Positions 47,621 through 57,382 of a stretch of 64,000 nt of DNA are shown in pieces. The position numbers and the translations under genes were made by a program. Below the pieces are notes generated by a model. That model ran no database searches. It had not been told where the DNA came from and worked only from the letters and a program-made list of their open reading frames with translations. How positions within the stretch are numbered: the first letter of the stretch is position 1; every line of letters begins with the position of its first letter. Source of the DNA: an archaeon (GTDB taxonomy: Archaea > Undinarchaeota > Undinarchaeia > Undinarchaeales > JBDRKL01). The stretch is from positions 8,596-72,595 of the forward strand of contig JBDRKL010000012.1 in NCBI GenBank assembly GCA_043814055.1. Reading direction: 5' to 3'.

Positions 47621-48407
47621 CGGAAAGGATTTAGTTTTCATAAAGCTGGGAGGTTCTGCAATAACTTTCAAGGACCAGCCAGGGAAGGCGAATTTTAAAG
47701 TGCTTGACAGGAGCGCGGCGGAGATTGCAGAAATTGCCATAGATTATAATTTATTGGTCGGCCACGGCGGAGGTTCGTTTCCGCACCCGGTCGCACAGGA
47801 GTACAAGGTGCAGGAGGGAATTAAGATATGCGGAACAAAAGGATTCGTGGAGACGCAGAATGCGGTGCGCAAGATTAACTCTCTCGTGGTGAAGAGTCTT
47901 GTGGACAAGGGAGTTCCTGTTGTTCCTATACAAACCTCCGCGTGCGCTGTGATGTCAAAGGGCGAGATAACCGAGATGTATCTTGACCCGATAAAAGAGG
48001 CGTTAAAGAACAGGATGGTTCCTGTGCTAAATGGGGACGTGCTATTTGACCTGACAACAGGCTGCGGCATAGCTTCCACTGAGATGATATTTAATTACCT
48101 TGCGAAAAAGCTCGGGCCAAAGCGCATCATACTTGGGGCGAATGTTGACGGGGTTTACGCAGGCGGGGCTGATGGCGGCAAGCTCATAGCAAGAATAGAC
48201 AAGAACAACAAGCGGAAAATTATTGAAGAACTTAAAGAAGTTGAGCCAGCAGTCCCGGATGTTACTGGAAGCATGGCTCACAAGGTTGAAGAGCTTTATA
48301 ATTTGAGCAAACTGGATATTGGAATACAAATAGTAAACATGCTGAAGGAGGGGTACCTGAAAAGGGCAGTGCAAGGCGAGCACCTGGGCACTATTATTCA
48401 CGTGTAA
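47613..48407 (+). CDS. ipk: isopentenyl phosphate kinase
   Basis: 264 aa from a TTG start, amino-acid-kinase fold with VFIKLGGSAITFK and VGHGGGSFPH. Confidence 0.85.
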   Translation: MNNGKDLVFIKLGGSAITFKDQPGKANFKVLDRSAAEIAEIAIDYNLLVGHGGGSFPHPVAQEYKVQEGIKICGTKGFVETQNAVRKINSLVVKSLVDKGVPVVPIQTSACAVMSKGEITEMYLDPIKEALKNRMVPVLNGDVLFDLTTGCGIASTEMIFNYLAKKLGPKRIILGANVDGVYAGGADGGKLIARIDKNNKRKIIEELKEVEPAVPDVTGSMAHKVEELYNLSKLDIGIQIVNMLKEGYLKRAVQGEHLGTIIHV

Positions 48408-48408
48408 A

Positions 48409-49458
48409 ATGGCAAGCAAAACTGAGAACAGAAAACTGGACCACATCAACATATGCTCTGATGAGGGCGTTGAGGCGAAGGAGAAGAGCACAATGCTTGA
48501 GCTCGTGGACTTTGTGCACGAGGCGCTTCCTGAGATAAATATTGATGAAATTGATTTGTCAGTTGAGCTGTTCGGGAAAAAACTCAACGCGCCAATCATA
48601 ATCAGCGCAATGACCGGCGGGCACGCAGTAGCTGAAAAAATAAACAAAAACCTCGCGAAGGCGGCGCAGAAGCTCGGGGTCGGGTTTGGGGTTGGCTCGC
48701 AGAGGGCGATGATTGAGGATGAAAAGCTCGCATACACTTACCAGGTGCGGGATGTTGCACCGGACATACTTGTGATTGGGAATATTGGCGCGCCACAGAT
48801 TCGCGAATATGAAAAAGGCGAGGTGCAGAAAGCGGTTGAGGATATTGAAGCGGATGTTCTCGCAGTGCACTTGAACGCATTGCAGGAAGTGATACAGCCG
48901 GAGGGCGACACGGATTTCAAGGGATTCGCTGATGATATTGGAAAGCTTGTGAAGAAAATGAAAGTGCCGGTGATTGTAAAGGAAACCGGAGCTGGAATTT
49001 CAAAAGAGGCGGCTAAAGAGCTGATAGAAAAAGGAGTCGCAGGCATAGACACTGGCGGGGCAGGAGGAACTTCCTTCGCAGCGGTTGAATACAAGCGGAC
49101 CAAGGGAAAGGACACGGGCTTGTGGGACTGGGGCATACCAACCGCAGCCTCAATACTTGAGGTCAGGAGCGTTTCAAAAGACATCCCGCTTATTGCAACA
49201 GGAGGAATACGGACAGGGATGAGTGTTGCAAAGACGATTGCGCTCGGCGCGGACGCGGCGGGAATTGGATTGCCTCTGCTCAACGCGGCAAGGGAAAGCT
49301 CGGAGAAAGTTGAGGAAGAGCTTGAAAAAATAATTGACAGCCTGAAAAAAGCCATGTTCCTGACAGGTTCTGCCAGCTTGGGAGAATTGAAGAAGAAAAA
49401 AATTGTCCTCAAAGGCGAACTATATAACTGGGCAGTGCAAAGGGGGCTGAATGGCTAA
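48409..49458 (+). CDS. fni: type 2 (FMN-dependent) isopentenyl-diphosphate delta-isomerase
   Basis: 349 aa with IIISAMTGG, VKETGAGIS, GGAGGTSFA and ATGGIRTG. Confidence 0.9.
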   Translation: MASKTENRKLDHINICSDEGVEAKEKSTMLELVDFVHEALPEINIDEIDLSVELFGKKLNAPIIISAMTGGHAVAEKINKNLAKAAQKLGVGFGVGSQRAMIEDEKLAYTYQVRDVAPDILVIGNIGAPQIREYEKGEVQKAVEDIEADVLAVHLNALQEVIQPEGDTDFKGFADDIGKLVKKMKVPVIVKETGAGISKEAAKELIEKGVAGIDTGGAGGTSFAAVEYKRTKGKDTGLWDWGIPTAASILEVRSVSKDIPLIATGGIRTGMSVAKTIALGADAAGIGLPLLNAARESSEKVEEELEKIIDSLKKAMFLTGSASLGELKKKKIVLKGELYNWAVQRGLNG

Positions 49459-50341
49459 GAAAAAGGGCGTGGAGAAGATAGAGGTTACACTTGCGGAGAA
49501 GGCAAAAACGCTCATTGAGATAACCCGGCCGGTGAACTGCGGAATGATAGGAATTTCAGTTGCCATCGCAATGTGGGTTGGGTTTGGAGGAATGCCTCTG
49601 TTTGTCCTGCTGATTGCTGCGCTGGTGGCTGCGATAGGCATAAACGCCGCAGGGAACGCGCTTAATGATTATTATGACATTGATATTGACAGGATAAACA
49701 AACCGGGCAAGGCGCTTCCATCAGGGAAGATAACCAAGGTTGGGCTTTGGATTTATGCCACTTTGTTGTTCGCTATGGGAAATACGGTTGCGATGCTCTA
49801 CTTGACCAAAATCCCAATAATAATTGCAGTAATTAATTCTGTCCTCCTCATAGTCTATGCGATAAAAGTCAAGAAGTCAGGATTCCTGGGGAACATAATG
49901 ATAAGCTACCTTGTTGCTTCTGTGTTTGCGTTCGCGGCCGCGGTTGTTGACGCGCTCATGATAGGAATATTCCTTTCAATAGCTGCGTTCTTCACGAATG
50001 CAGCACGTGAAATTCTGAAGGACCTTGAGGATGTCAGGGGGGACGAGCTTGGCGGAGCGCAGACGCTTCCGCTAGCAGAGGGCGGCAAAAAGACCATGAT
50101 AGTTGTTGCGTCATTCCTGATACTCGCGATAATATTGAGCCCGCTGCCATACCTGCTTGAAATACTTTCAATGTACTACATAGCAATAATACTCGTGGCT
50201 GACACAATATTGCTCGGTGTGATATACTCAGTCCTGAATAAGCGGACAAGAAAAAGCGCCACGGTCAACCAGAGGCGCATAAAGTTCGCAGCGATAATAG
50301 GAATTCTCGCGTTCCTCGCGGGAACTGTTCCATGGCCATAA
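49451..50341 (+). CDS. UbiA-family prenyltransferase, digeranylgeranylglyceryl phosphate synthase-like
   Basis: 296 aa with ~8 TM and Asp-rich motifs NALNDYYDIDIDRINKP and KDLEDVRGDE. Confidence 0.8.
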   Translation: MAKKKGVEKIEVTLAEKAKTLIEITRPVNCGMIGISVAIAMWVGFGGMPLFVLLIAALVAAIGINAAGNALNDYYDIDIDRINKPGKALPSGKITKVGLWIYATLLFAMGNTVAMLYLTKIPIIIAVINSVLLIVYAIKVKKSGFLGNIMISYLVASVFAFAAAVVDALMIGIFLSIAAFFTNAAREILKDLEDVRGDELGGAQTLPLAEGGKKTMIVVASFLILAIILSPLPYLLEILSMYYIAIILVADTILLGVIYSVLNKRTRKSATVNQRRIKFAAIIGILAFLAGTVPWP

Positions 50342-51363
50342 ATGAAACCTGCACCCCAAGGATTGTGATAGAAAACAACGCATTAGATGGGATTGGCGAT
50401 ATTGTTGAGGGGGGCAGGGCGCTCATAGTTGCTGACGAAACCACAATGAGGGTTGCAGGAGACCGGGTAAAAAAAGCGCTTGAGGAAAAGGGAATTGATG
50501 TTAGCGTTTATTTTGCAAAGATTTCTGATGAGAAAACTGTTTCCGAGGCAGTGGATGCTGTGAAAGAATCAGGCGCTGAGATTGTTCTGGGAATTGGGGG
50601 AGGAACTTGCATAGACATTGCAAAACTTAGCTCGTTCAGGAATAACGTGCCGTTTATTTCAGTTCCGACATCTGCCGCGCACGATGGGATCTGCTCGCCA
50701 GTTGCCTCAATAAAGCAGGCAGACGGGCTGAAGTCATATCCGGCAAAGCCGCCGATTGCGGTTGTTGCTGATATTTTAATCATAAAAAATGCACCTGAGA
50801 AATTTTACGCTGCAGGTGTGGGGGATTTAATCGCGAATTTCACTGCCGTGGCTGACTGGGAATTGGCAAGAGATGAAAAGGGCGACGAGTTCAATGAGGA
50901 ATCTGCCGAGCTTTCAAGGAAGAGCGCGCAGGCGATTTTGGAGGCAATTGATTCGGTTGCGGAGCGGAGTGATGAGGGAGTAAGAATTGTTATGGATGCT
51001 CTAATCAAGTCAGGGGTTTCAATGTGCATGGCAGGCTCCAGCAGACCGTGCTCTGGGGCTGAGCACTTGTTCTCGCACAACTTGGACAAGATTGCAGGCT
51101 TTCCAGCACTGCACGGCGCCCAGTGCGGGGTCGGCGCGATATTGATGGCAAAACTGCACGGGCTTGACTGGGAAAAATACAAGGAAGTGCTTGAGAAGGT
51201 TGGGGCTCCGACCACTGCAAAAGAGCTTGGGGTGAGTGAGGGGCAAATCGTGCAGGCACTCGTTAGTGCACACATGCTCCGGGATAGGTACACAATACTA
51301 CACAAGGCGCCGTTGAACGAAGAAAAAGCTAAAGAACTAGCAAAGATTACAGGTGTAATATGA
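50332..51363 (+). CDS. egsA: sn-glycerol-1-phosphate dehydrogenase
   Basis: 343 aa with LGIGGGTCIDIAK, AAHDG and SGAEHLFSH (metal ligands of the G1PDH/Fe-ADH fold). Confidence 0.85.
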   Translation: MAINETCTPRIVIENNALDGIGDIVEGGRALIVADETTMRVAGDRVKKALEEKGIDVSVYFAKISDEKTVSEAVDAVKESGAEIVLGIGGGTCIDIAKLSSFRNNVPFISVPTSAAHDGICSPVASIKQADGLKSYPAKPPIAVVADILIIKNAPEKFYAAGVGDLIANFTAVADWELARDEKGDEFNEESAELSRKSAQAILEAIDSVAERSDEGVRIVMDALIKSGVSMCMAGSSRPCSGAEHLFSHNLDKIAGFPALHGAQCGVGAILMAKLHGLDWEKYKEVLEKVGAPTTAKELGVSEGQIVQALVSAHMLRDRYTILHKAPLNEEKAKELAKITGVI

Positions 51364-52109
51364 AAGACGTAAGGAAGCACATATTTGACAAGCTCAAGAA
51401 AGAGAAACTTGTATTCACATTGCTAGACCCTGAAAAGCTTGACGCGAAAGAGGCCGGAAAGCTCGCGAAGAAGCTTGAGGACATTGGGTCTGATGCCATA
51501 ATGCTCGGCGGCTCAACAACTGGCTCAATAGATGATGTTGCAAAGGCGGTTAAGGATGCAGTGAGCATTCCGATAATACTTTTCCCAAGCTCTGCGATGT
51601 CACTCTCAAAGCACGCGGATGCTGTGTTCTTCATGAGCCTGATAAACTCTGAGAAGATTGAATACCTGATGGGGGAGCAATTGAAGGGCTCACTAATGGT
51701 CAAGAATTATGGCTTGGAACCGATAGGAATGGGCTACATCGTGATAAATACTGGTGAGCCAACAATGGTTGAGAAGGTTGCACAGATAAGGCGGCTCACG
51801 AACAAGGAAGCGGTATCGTGCGCGCTAGCCGCTGAGTACTTCGGGATGAAAGTGGTCTACCTTGAGGCAGGATCCGGGGCGCAGAGCCCTGTGCCAGACA
51901 GCATGATAAGCGCTGTGAAAAAGGAGATTGGAGTGCCGCTCATAGTTGGCGGCGGAATAAACGGCCCGCTGATGGCCAAGAAGAAGCTTGAGGCAGGGGC
52001 TGACATTATTGTAATAGGCACTGTGATAGAAAAGGCGTACGCAAAGGCCGCTGAGATAATTGACATTGTAAAAAAAATCCCGGTTGAAAAGAAAGGATTG
52101 AAAAAATGA
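51360..52109 (+). CDS. geranylgeranylglyceryl phosphate synthase (PcrB/GGGPS family)
   Basis: 249 aa with TLLDPEK, IMLGGSTTG, VYLEAGSGA and LIVGGGI. Confidence 0.85.
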   Translation: MKDVRKHIFDKLKKEKLVFTLLDPEKLDAKEAGKLAKKLEDIGSDAIMLGGSTTGSIDDVAKAVKDAVSIPIILFPSSAMSLSKHADAVFFMSLINSEKIEYLMGEQLKGSLMVKNYGLEPIGMGYIVINTGEPTMVEKVAQIRRLTNKEAVSCALAAEYFGMKVVYLEAGSGAQSPVPDSMISAVKKEIGVPLIVGGGINGPLMAKKKLEAGADIIVIGTVIEKAYAKAAEIIDIVKKIPVEKKGLKK

Positions 52110-52354
52110 GCTGGTTGTTCTCCTTAAGAATGAAACTGCACAGGGTTAAAAGGAGAAAGAAAACTATCCCAGACATTAAGGAAGAAATAGAGGAACTGAA
52201 ATCAGGAATAGTCCATCTAAATGATCAGTACATGCAGCGAACCATAGAAGACCGGGAGTACGAGAGAAAAAAGCAGGATGCTCTGCATAAAATTCATCAT
52301 CTTGAGGAGAGGATACTTGAGAAGAAGATGGAGAATATGGGCGAAAATATGTAA
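52106..52354 (+). CDS. small basic coiled-coil protein (82 aa)
   Basis: ATGA overlap with the GGGPS stop. No recognisable motif. Confidence 0.45.
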   Translation: MSWLFSLRMKLHRVKRRKKTIPDIKEEIEELKSGIVHLNDQYMQRTIEDREYERKKQDALHKIHHLEERILEKKMENMGENM

Positions 52355-52369
52355 ATTTTTGAGTAACAA

Positions 52370-53047
52370 ATGAAACTAGCAGTACTTTTTTCAGGGGGCA
52401 AGGACAGTACAATGGCTTTGCACAAGGTTCTGAAGCAGGGGCACGACGTTACTCATTTGGTTTCTGCGTTTCCGAAGAACCCAGAGAGCATGCTTTACCA
52501 CACTTCAAATATTGAGCTTACCAAGCTCGCGGCAGAAGCGATTGGAATTCCACTTTTGAAACTTGAGGTTGAAAGTTTGGAAGACACTGGGGAGGCGGCT
52601 GAGCTTGAGGAAGCTTTGGAGAAGCTGGATATTGAGGGAATTGTTGTTGGCGGAGTTAGCTCAAAATATCAGGCAAGGATTTTCAGTGCGATTGCAGACA
52701 AGCTTGGGATTGAGATGATTGCCCCGTACTGGGGAAAGCCGCACGAAGAATTGATTCGGGAGGCGATTGGAGCTGGGTATGATATCAGGATTACTTCTGT
52801 TTCTGCTGATGGGCTTGATGAGAATTGGCTTGGAAGGAAATTGGACTTGGAAACGCTTGAAGAGTTAAAGAAGCTTAAAGAAACGTATGGGGTTGATATT
52901 GGGGGCGAGGGCGGGGAGTACTGCACTGTGGTTGTTGCAGGGCCGATTTTCAAGAAGCGAATTAAGTTTTTGGAGTCTGAAAAGGTTTGGGAAGGGATGA
53001 GCGGGAAGCTTGTTGTGAAAAAGGCAGAGCTCGTGGCGAGCAAATAA
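52370..53047 (+). CDS. diphthine-ammonia ligase (Dph6 / MJ0570-type PP-loop ATPase)
   Basis: 225 aa with the PP-loop VLFSGGKDS and GEGGEYCT. Confidence 0.75.
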   Translation: MKLAVLFSGGKDSTMALHKVLKQGHDVTHLVSAFPKNPESMLYHTSNIELTKLAAEAIGIPLLKLEVESLEDTGEAAELEEALEKLDIEGIVVGGVSSKYQARIFSAIADKLGIEMIAPYWGKPHEELIREAIGAGYDIRITSVSADGLDENWLGRKLDLETLEELKKLKETYGVDIGGEGGEYCTVVVAGPIFKKRIKFLESEKVWEGMSGKLVVKKAELVASK

Positions 53048-53120
53048 TAATACACCGAGGCACGGGCGAGGAGAGCTTGGTTAAGGTTTATATAGCACTT
53101 TCAATTAATGGCAATCGGGA

Positions 53121-54209
53121 ATGACATTTAGCGAACGAACTAACAAGATACTGCACGCAGCAGTTTTGTTCCTTTCCCTGTACTTTTTCCTAGTTTCAAT
53201 AAAGCTCATGGGCGGGTCGTTCAAGCTTATGGGCTCAGGTTTTGCCGAGACGCTCCTGAGCGCGACTGCGAATCCGCTTACAGCACTCTTTATTGGAATT
53301 CTTGCAACTGCAATTATTCAAAGCTCATCTTCAACTACTTCAATTATTGTTGCGTTCGTTGGCGCTGGTATGCTGCCGCTTGAGGCAGCTATCCCTATGG
53401 TAATGGGTGCAAATATTGGAACAACAGTTACAAACACCTTGGTTTCATTTGCCCATCTTACGCGGCGGAGCGAGTTCAGATTGGCGTTTTCTTCTTCAAT
53501 TGTCCACTTATTTTTCAACGCGATTATTGTTATGATATTTTTCCCGCTTGAACAAGCTACTCATATTCTTCAGAGAACTGCGATTTATATGGCTGATATG
53601 ACTGTTGGAACTTCAGGCATGACTTTCACAAGCCCGTTGGATCAAGTAATTACGCCAGTTGTGAAAGCAGTGATACACGTTCTTCCTCCTCAGTACATGA
53701 TACTAATTTCAGTTGTGGTGCTTATGATTGCGCTGAAGTATCTTGTGACAGCAACAAAAGTCCTGTTCATTTCAGGCAGGGAGAATTTCCTGAGCAAGTA
53801 CTTGTTCAAGACTGCCAAAATAAGCTTTGTGTGCGGATTCCTACTTACTGCGCTTGTGCAAAGCAGTTCAATCACAACATCACTTGTAGTTCCATTTGCA
53901 GGGGCAGGCCTCTTGTCACTAGAGCAAATATTCCCATTCGCACTGGGCGCAAATATTGGAACTACGGTTACAGCGTTCCTTGCGGCTCTGGTTACTGGAA
54001 CAACAATGGCGCTGGCGCTTGCATATGTGCACATACTCTTCAATTCGCTTGGCGCAATTGTGATATGGCCAATTAGAAAATTGCCGATATGGATGGCGGA
54101 GAAGATGGGCGAGATAGTTGAGAAAAAGCGCAGGGTAGCTCTTATATACGTGGCAGTAATATTCTACATACTGCCCCTCATGGTCTTAATATTAAGCGGG
54201 GTGATTTAA
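53121..54209 (+). CDS. Na+/phosphate cotransporter family membrane protein
   Basis: 362 aa with a duplicated signature, QSSS.TTS..V......L......GANIGTTVT (53300s and 53860s). Confidence 0.8.
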   Translation: MTFSERTNKILHAAVLFLSLYFFLVSIKLMGGSFKLMGSGFAETLLSATANPLTALFIGILATAIIQSSSSTTSIIVAFVGAGMLPLEAAIPMVMGANIGTTVTNTLVSFAHLTRRSEFRLAFSSSIVHLFFNAIIVMIFFPLEQATHILQRTAIYMADMTVGTSGMTFTSPLDQVITPVVKAVIHVLPPQYMILISVVVLMIALKYLVTATKVLFISGRENFLSKYLFKTAKISFVCGFLLTALVQSSSITTSLVVPFAGAGLLSLEQIFPFALGANIGTTVTAFLAALVTGTTMALALAYVHILFNSLGAIVIWPIRKLPIWMAEKMGEIVEKKRRVALIYVAVIFYILPLMVLILSGVI

Positions 54210-54211
54210 AA

Positions 54212-54967
54212 ATGGAACTTTACAAAAGAATATATGATGCGTGGAAGAAGCGGCCGATACTGGAAGATGCATATAATCATGCAGCAGACATACTGAAGCG
54301 GGACCAGTACATGTTCAATGAGGTCTGCACTGCCCTAATAAGCGGCGGCTCCACAAGGGAGAGCAGTACTGATGAGGAGAGGGACATAGTTGAGATAATC
54401 ACAGAGGAAGACCACAAGATAAACGACATGGCGAGGAGCATCCGCCAGGAACTGCTGTCTTATCTTGCGCTGAACAGCTCGCCTGACCTGTCATCCTCGC
54501 TTGTGCTCACGAGCCTTGTGATATACCTTGAGCGGCTTGGGGATTACACAAAGGACCTTGCTCAGCTTACCCTGCTCAACGCGCCGAAGTTCAGGCAGAT
54601 GACTTACCATGGGGACATAGAAAAATATCAAAAGCACTTGATGGTAATGTTTGACCTTACAATAAAGGCATTTGAAAACGGGGACAAGGTTGCGGCGATG
54701 AAAGTAATGAACGAGAATGTCAAGCTCAGGAATGAGACTGATGTTTTGCTGCACAAAATCAATACTGACAAAAACATACGCGGCAGGGAGGCAATGACCT
54801 ACACTTTGTACACCCGATATTTCAGGAGAGTTGCCGGGCACTTGGAAAATGTCGCATCAAGCGTGATTTCGCCATTCCCTGACTTGGGGTTCAAGCACGC
54901 TGCAGGGGTTAAGCTCACGGAGAAGAGAACAAAGATGAGCAATATTGTGAAAAAGAGAGGGAAGTAG
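54212..54967 (+). CDS. PhoU-like regulatory protein (paralog 1)
   Basis: 251 aa with LERLGDYTKDLAQL and RRVAGHLENVASSV, the two PhoU-type helices. It starts 2 nt after the transporter stop. Confidence 0.65.
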   Translation: MELYKRIYDAWKKRPILEDAYNHAADILKRDQYMFNEVCTALISGGSTRESSTDEERDIVEIITEEDHKINDMARSIRQELLSYLALNSSPDLSSSLVLTSLVIYLERLGDYTKDLAQLTLLNAPKFRQMTYHGDIEKYQKHLMVMFDLTIKAFENGDKVAAMKVMNENVKLRNETDVLLHKINTDKNIRGREAMTYTLYTRYFRRVAGHLENVASSVISPFPDLGFKHAAGVKLTEKRTKMSNIVKKRGK

Positions 54968-55108
54968 ACAAAGTTCTTATACATAAAGATAAAAATCAAC
55001 TCGTATGGATGTTGTGATTCTAATACTGGCTTTTTTTACATAGGTCAGACAATAGATATACTCATAAGGAAGGCGATTGACAAGGAAAAGCCGCTGTGGC
55101 TACTTGTT

Positions 55109-55600
55109 TTGCCGGCTCTTCTCCTGCCGACGTATATCTTAAGCGATTTTTTCTTCAAGTTCATCCTCCTTTTCATACTCATAATGTGGAGCCGCGTATG
55201 CAGGAGCTCGGGTTATGGATTGAATTACCAGTTTCCGCTCATAGTTGCAGGCGGCATAGTGCTCGGACCTGCAGCAGGGGCAATCCTTGGTTTTGTGCCG
55301 CTGATCCTCGTGCCATTCATCCGGCCTGACGCACAGGTCGTGTCAATATACCAGAGCGCGGTGCTCCTGACTATAATAGGCGCAGTGAGCGGGTTCCTTG
55401 GCGGGTTTGGACCAGGGCTTTGGGTGGATTTTGCAATTTGGTCCCTGGTAGCGTTCAACATTGTCCGGCTGGTCCTGCTGTTCGGGCGTTTGCCGCCGAA
55501 GAATACTGTGTTCTTTTTCCCCATAAACGTGGGAATCAATTACTATCTAATTACCAATTATCTCGTTCCAATAATAACTTGGCTGGGTGGTAATGCTTAA
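55109..55600 (+). CDS. membrane protein, start uncertain
   Basis: 163 aa from a TTG. The frame is open from 54968 with no ATG, GTG or TTG before 55109. About 5 TM. Confidence 0.45.
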   Translation: MPALLLPTYILSDFFFKFILLFILIMWSRVCRSSGYGLNYQFPLIVAGGIVLGPAAGAILGFVPLILVPFIRPDAQVVSIYQSAVLLTIIGAVSGFLGGFGPGLWVDFAIWSLVAFNIVRLVLLFGRLPPKNTVFFFPINVGINYYLITNYLVPIITWLGGNA

Positions 55601-55620
55601 AGCATAGGAGGACAAATAAA

Positions 55621-56469
55621 ATGAAAATGATAGAAAAAATCAGGGAAAAAATCAAGGCTTACAAGGAGATGTATTACATCTGGAGGAAGCGGCCTACTGC
55701 AACGTTCCAGGAAATAACTGACATCTGGACCAAGGAACCTATGCTGAAGAAGGCAAGGAAGAACGCTGTAGACATGCTTAAGCGCGATCAGTTCATGTTC
55801 AACGAGGTTTCAAATGCACTCCTGACAGGCGAGATAATAAGGAAGACTTCAAAGGGCAAGACAGAGAGCATAGTTGACATCCTGCAGAGGGAAGACGAGA
55901 AGATAAACGAGTACACGCAACAGATAAGGAGAGAGGTAATGAATTATATGGCGGACAACTCTGCGCCGAATGTTGAAGCCTCGCTTGTGCTTACCAGCTT
56001 GGTAATAGACCTTGAAAGATTAGGAGACCAGACAAAGGACCTTGCAAAGCTCACACTTATTAGCAAACCTGATTTTGAGAAGCGGACATATATGAGGGAC
56101 ATAGAGAAACAGCAGAGGAGAATAATGGGAATGTTTGACAAGACCATCACGGCCTTTGAGAACAAGGACAAGGAAGTGGCGGGCGAGGTGATGGATGATA
56201 ACGTCTCACTCAGGAACGAGACCGACGTTTTGCTGCACACGCTAAGCACTGACAAAAACATACGCGGCAGGGAAATGCTGATGTACACGCTTTATATTCG
56301 GTTTTACAGAAGGGCTGCAGCGCACTTGGAGAACATCGCGTCAAGCGTGATTTCCCCGTTCCCATATCTGGGATTCAAGAGCGCGCCTGATGTGAAACTG
56401 CACAAGAAAAGGAAGAAGATGAGTAGGATTGTTAAAAAGAAGAGCAAGACTGCTAAAAGCCAATCCTAG
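55621..56469 (+). CDS. PhoU-like regulatory protein (paralog 2)
   Basis: 282 aa, clearly paralogous to 54212-54967 (LERLGDQTKDLAKL, RRAAAHLENIASSVISPFP). Confidence 0.65.
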   Translation: MKMIEKIREKIKAYKEMYYIWRKRPTATFQEITDIWTKEPMLKKARKNAVDMLKRDQFMFNEVSNALLTGEIIRKTSKGKTESIVDILQREDEKINEYTQQIRREVMNYMADNSAPNVEASLVLTSLVIDLERLGDQTKDLAKLTLISKPDFEKRTYMRDIEKQQRRIMGMFDKTITAFENKDKEVAGEVMDDNVSLRNETDVLLHTLSTDKNIRGREMLMYTLYIRFYRRAAAHLENIASSVISPFPYLGFKSAPDVKLHKKRKKMSRIVKKKSKTAKSQS

Positions 56470-57136
56470 TTCCGGTGAATTCCTGGTTTGAAAGAATTTT
56501 TTCTATGTTAGCCAGGTCTTTGCCATTTACAATAGCCATCTTGATTTTGCTCTCTGCGAGCATCTCCGCCGCGACCTTGTCCATTATGGTTGCCTTGTTG
56601 GCCTCGTGCTCCTGGTCGCCGAGCTTTTTCAGCTCTTCGTAGGAGATTGTTTCAAGTGGTTTCGCGTCCTTGTTCTTCTTTGGGTCTGAGTCGTAAACAT
56701 AATCAACGTCAGTTCCTTTCACAACAAGCTCTGCACCCCAGGTTTTTGCAATTTCCACAGCCACTGCGTCGGTTCTTTGCCCGGGCCTGAAGCCGCCAGC
56801 AACTATGATTTTGCCAGGGTGAGCTTTTGTGAGTGCAATAAATTCTGCCTCGCTTCGCGGGACTTCGGGGCAGGCGTTTTGGTCAAGGGCTGAGATTAGA
56901 GTTGAAGCAACGAATCGTGATGCTTGGATTCCGATTAGGTCAAGAAGACGCGGGTCCTTGGTGAATTTTTTCCCAGCCTTGCCAAATTCGCGGGAGAGTT
57001 TTCCGCCGCCGACAACAATTGCGAGCTCATGCTCTGCTGACCAATTTGAGACAGAAGAAGCTAGTTTTTCAAGAAATTCAAAGTCAACGGAATTCGGCGC
57101 GAGAATTGAGCCGCCGAATTTGAGGACTGCTTTCAT
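56453..57136 (-). CDS. pyrH: UMP kinase (archaeal type)
   Basis: Track ORF trimmed to MKAVLKFGGSIL at 57136. IVVGGG and GGFRPGQRTD are present. Confidence 0.85.
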   Translation of the reverse strand: MKAVLKFGGSILAPNSVDFEFLEKLASSVSNWSAEHELAIVVGGGKLSREFGKAGKKFTKDPRLLDLIGIQASRFVASTLISALDQNACPEVPRSEAEFIALTKAHPGKIIVAGGFRPGQRTDAVAVEIAKTWGAELVVKGTDVDYVYDSDPKKNKDAKPLETISYEELKKLGDQEHEANKATIMDKVAAEMLAESKIKMAIVNGKDLANIEKILSNQEFTGTRIGF

Positions 57137-57140
57137 TATA

Positions 57141-57347
57141 TTATATTGTTTCCTTGCCTGTTGCGCGCACCATGAACCCTGCAAGGCGGTTTCGCACTTT
57201 CTTGCTCGGGCAGTTGAGCTCGCGCGAGTCCATGAGCTCCTGGAGCGTTTTCTTGATTTGTTCAAAGTCAGGCTTGAACTTGGTTGGGTACTTCTCAATA
57301 AGGTCCTTACCTGCTCTTTTTATGAAAGTTTGTTTTATATTGCCCAT
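57141..57347 (-). CDS. rps17e: 30S ribosomal protein S17e
   Basis: Trimmed to MGNIKQTFIKRAGKDLIEKYP...KKVRNRLAGF. A TTTATAAA box lies 26-33 nt upstream, which suggests a leaderless mRNA. Confidence 0.85.
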   Translation of the reverse strand: MGNIKQTFIKRAGKDLIEKYPTKFKPDFEQIKKTLQELMDSRELNCPSKKVRNRLAGFMVRATGKETI

Positions 57348-57382
57348 TGTGGCACTTGTATCTATTAACTGCTTTATAAAGA

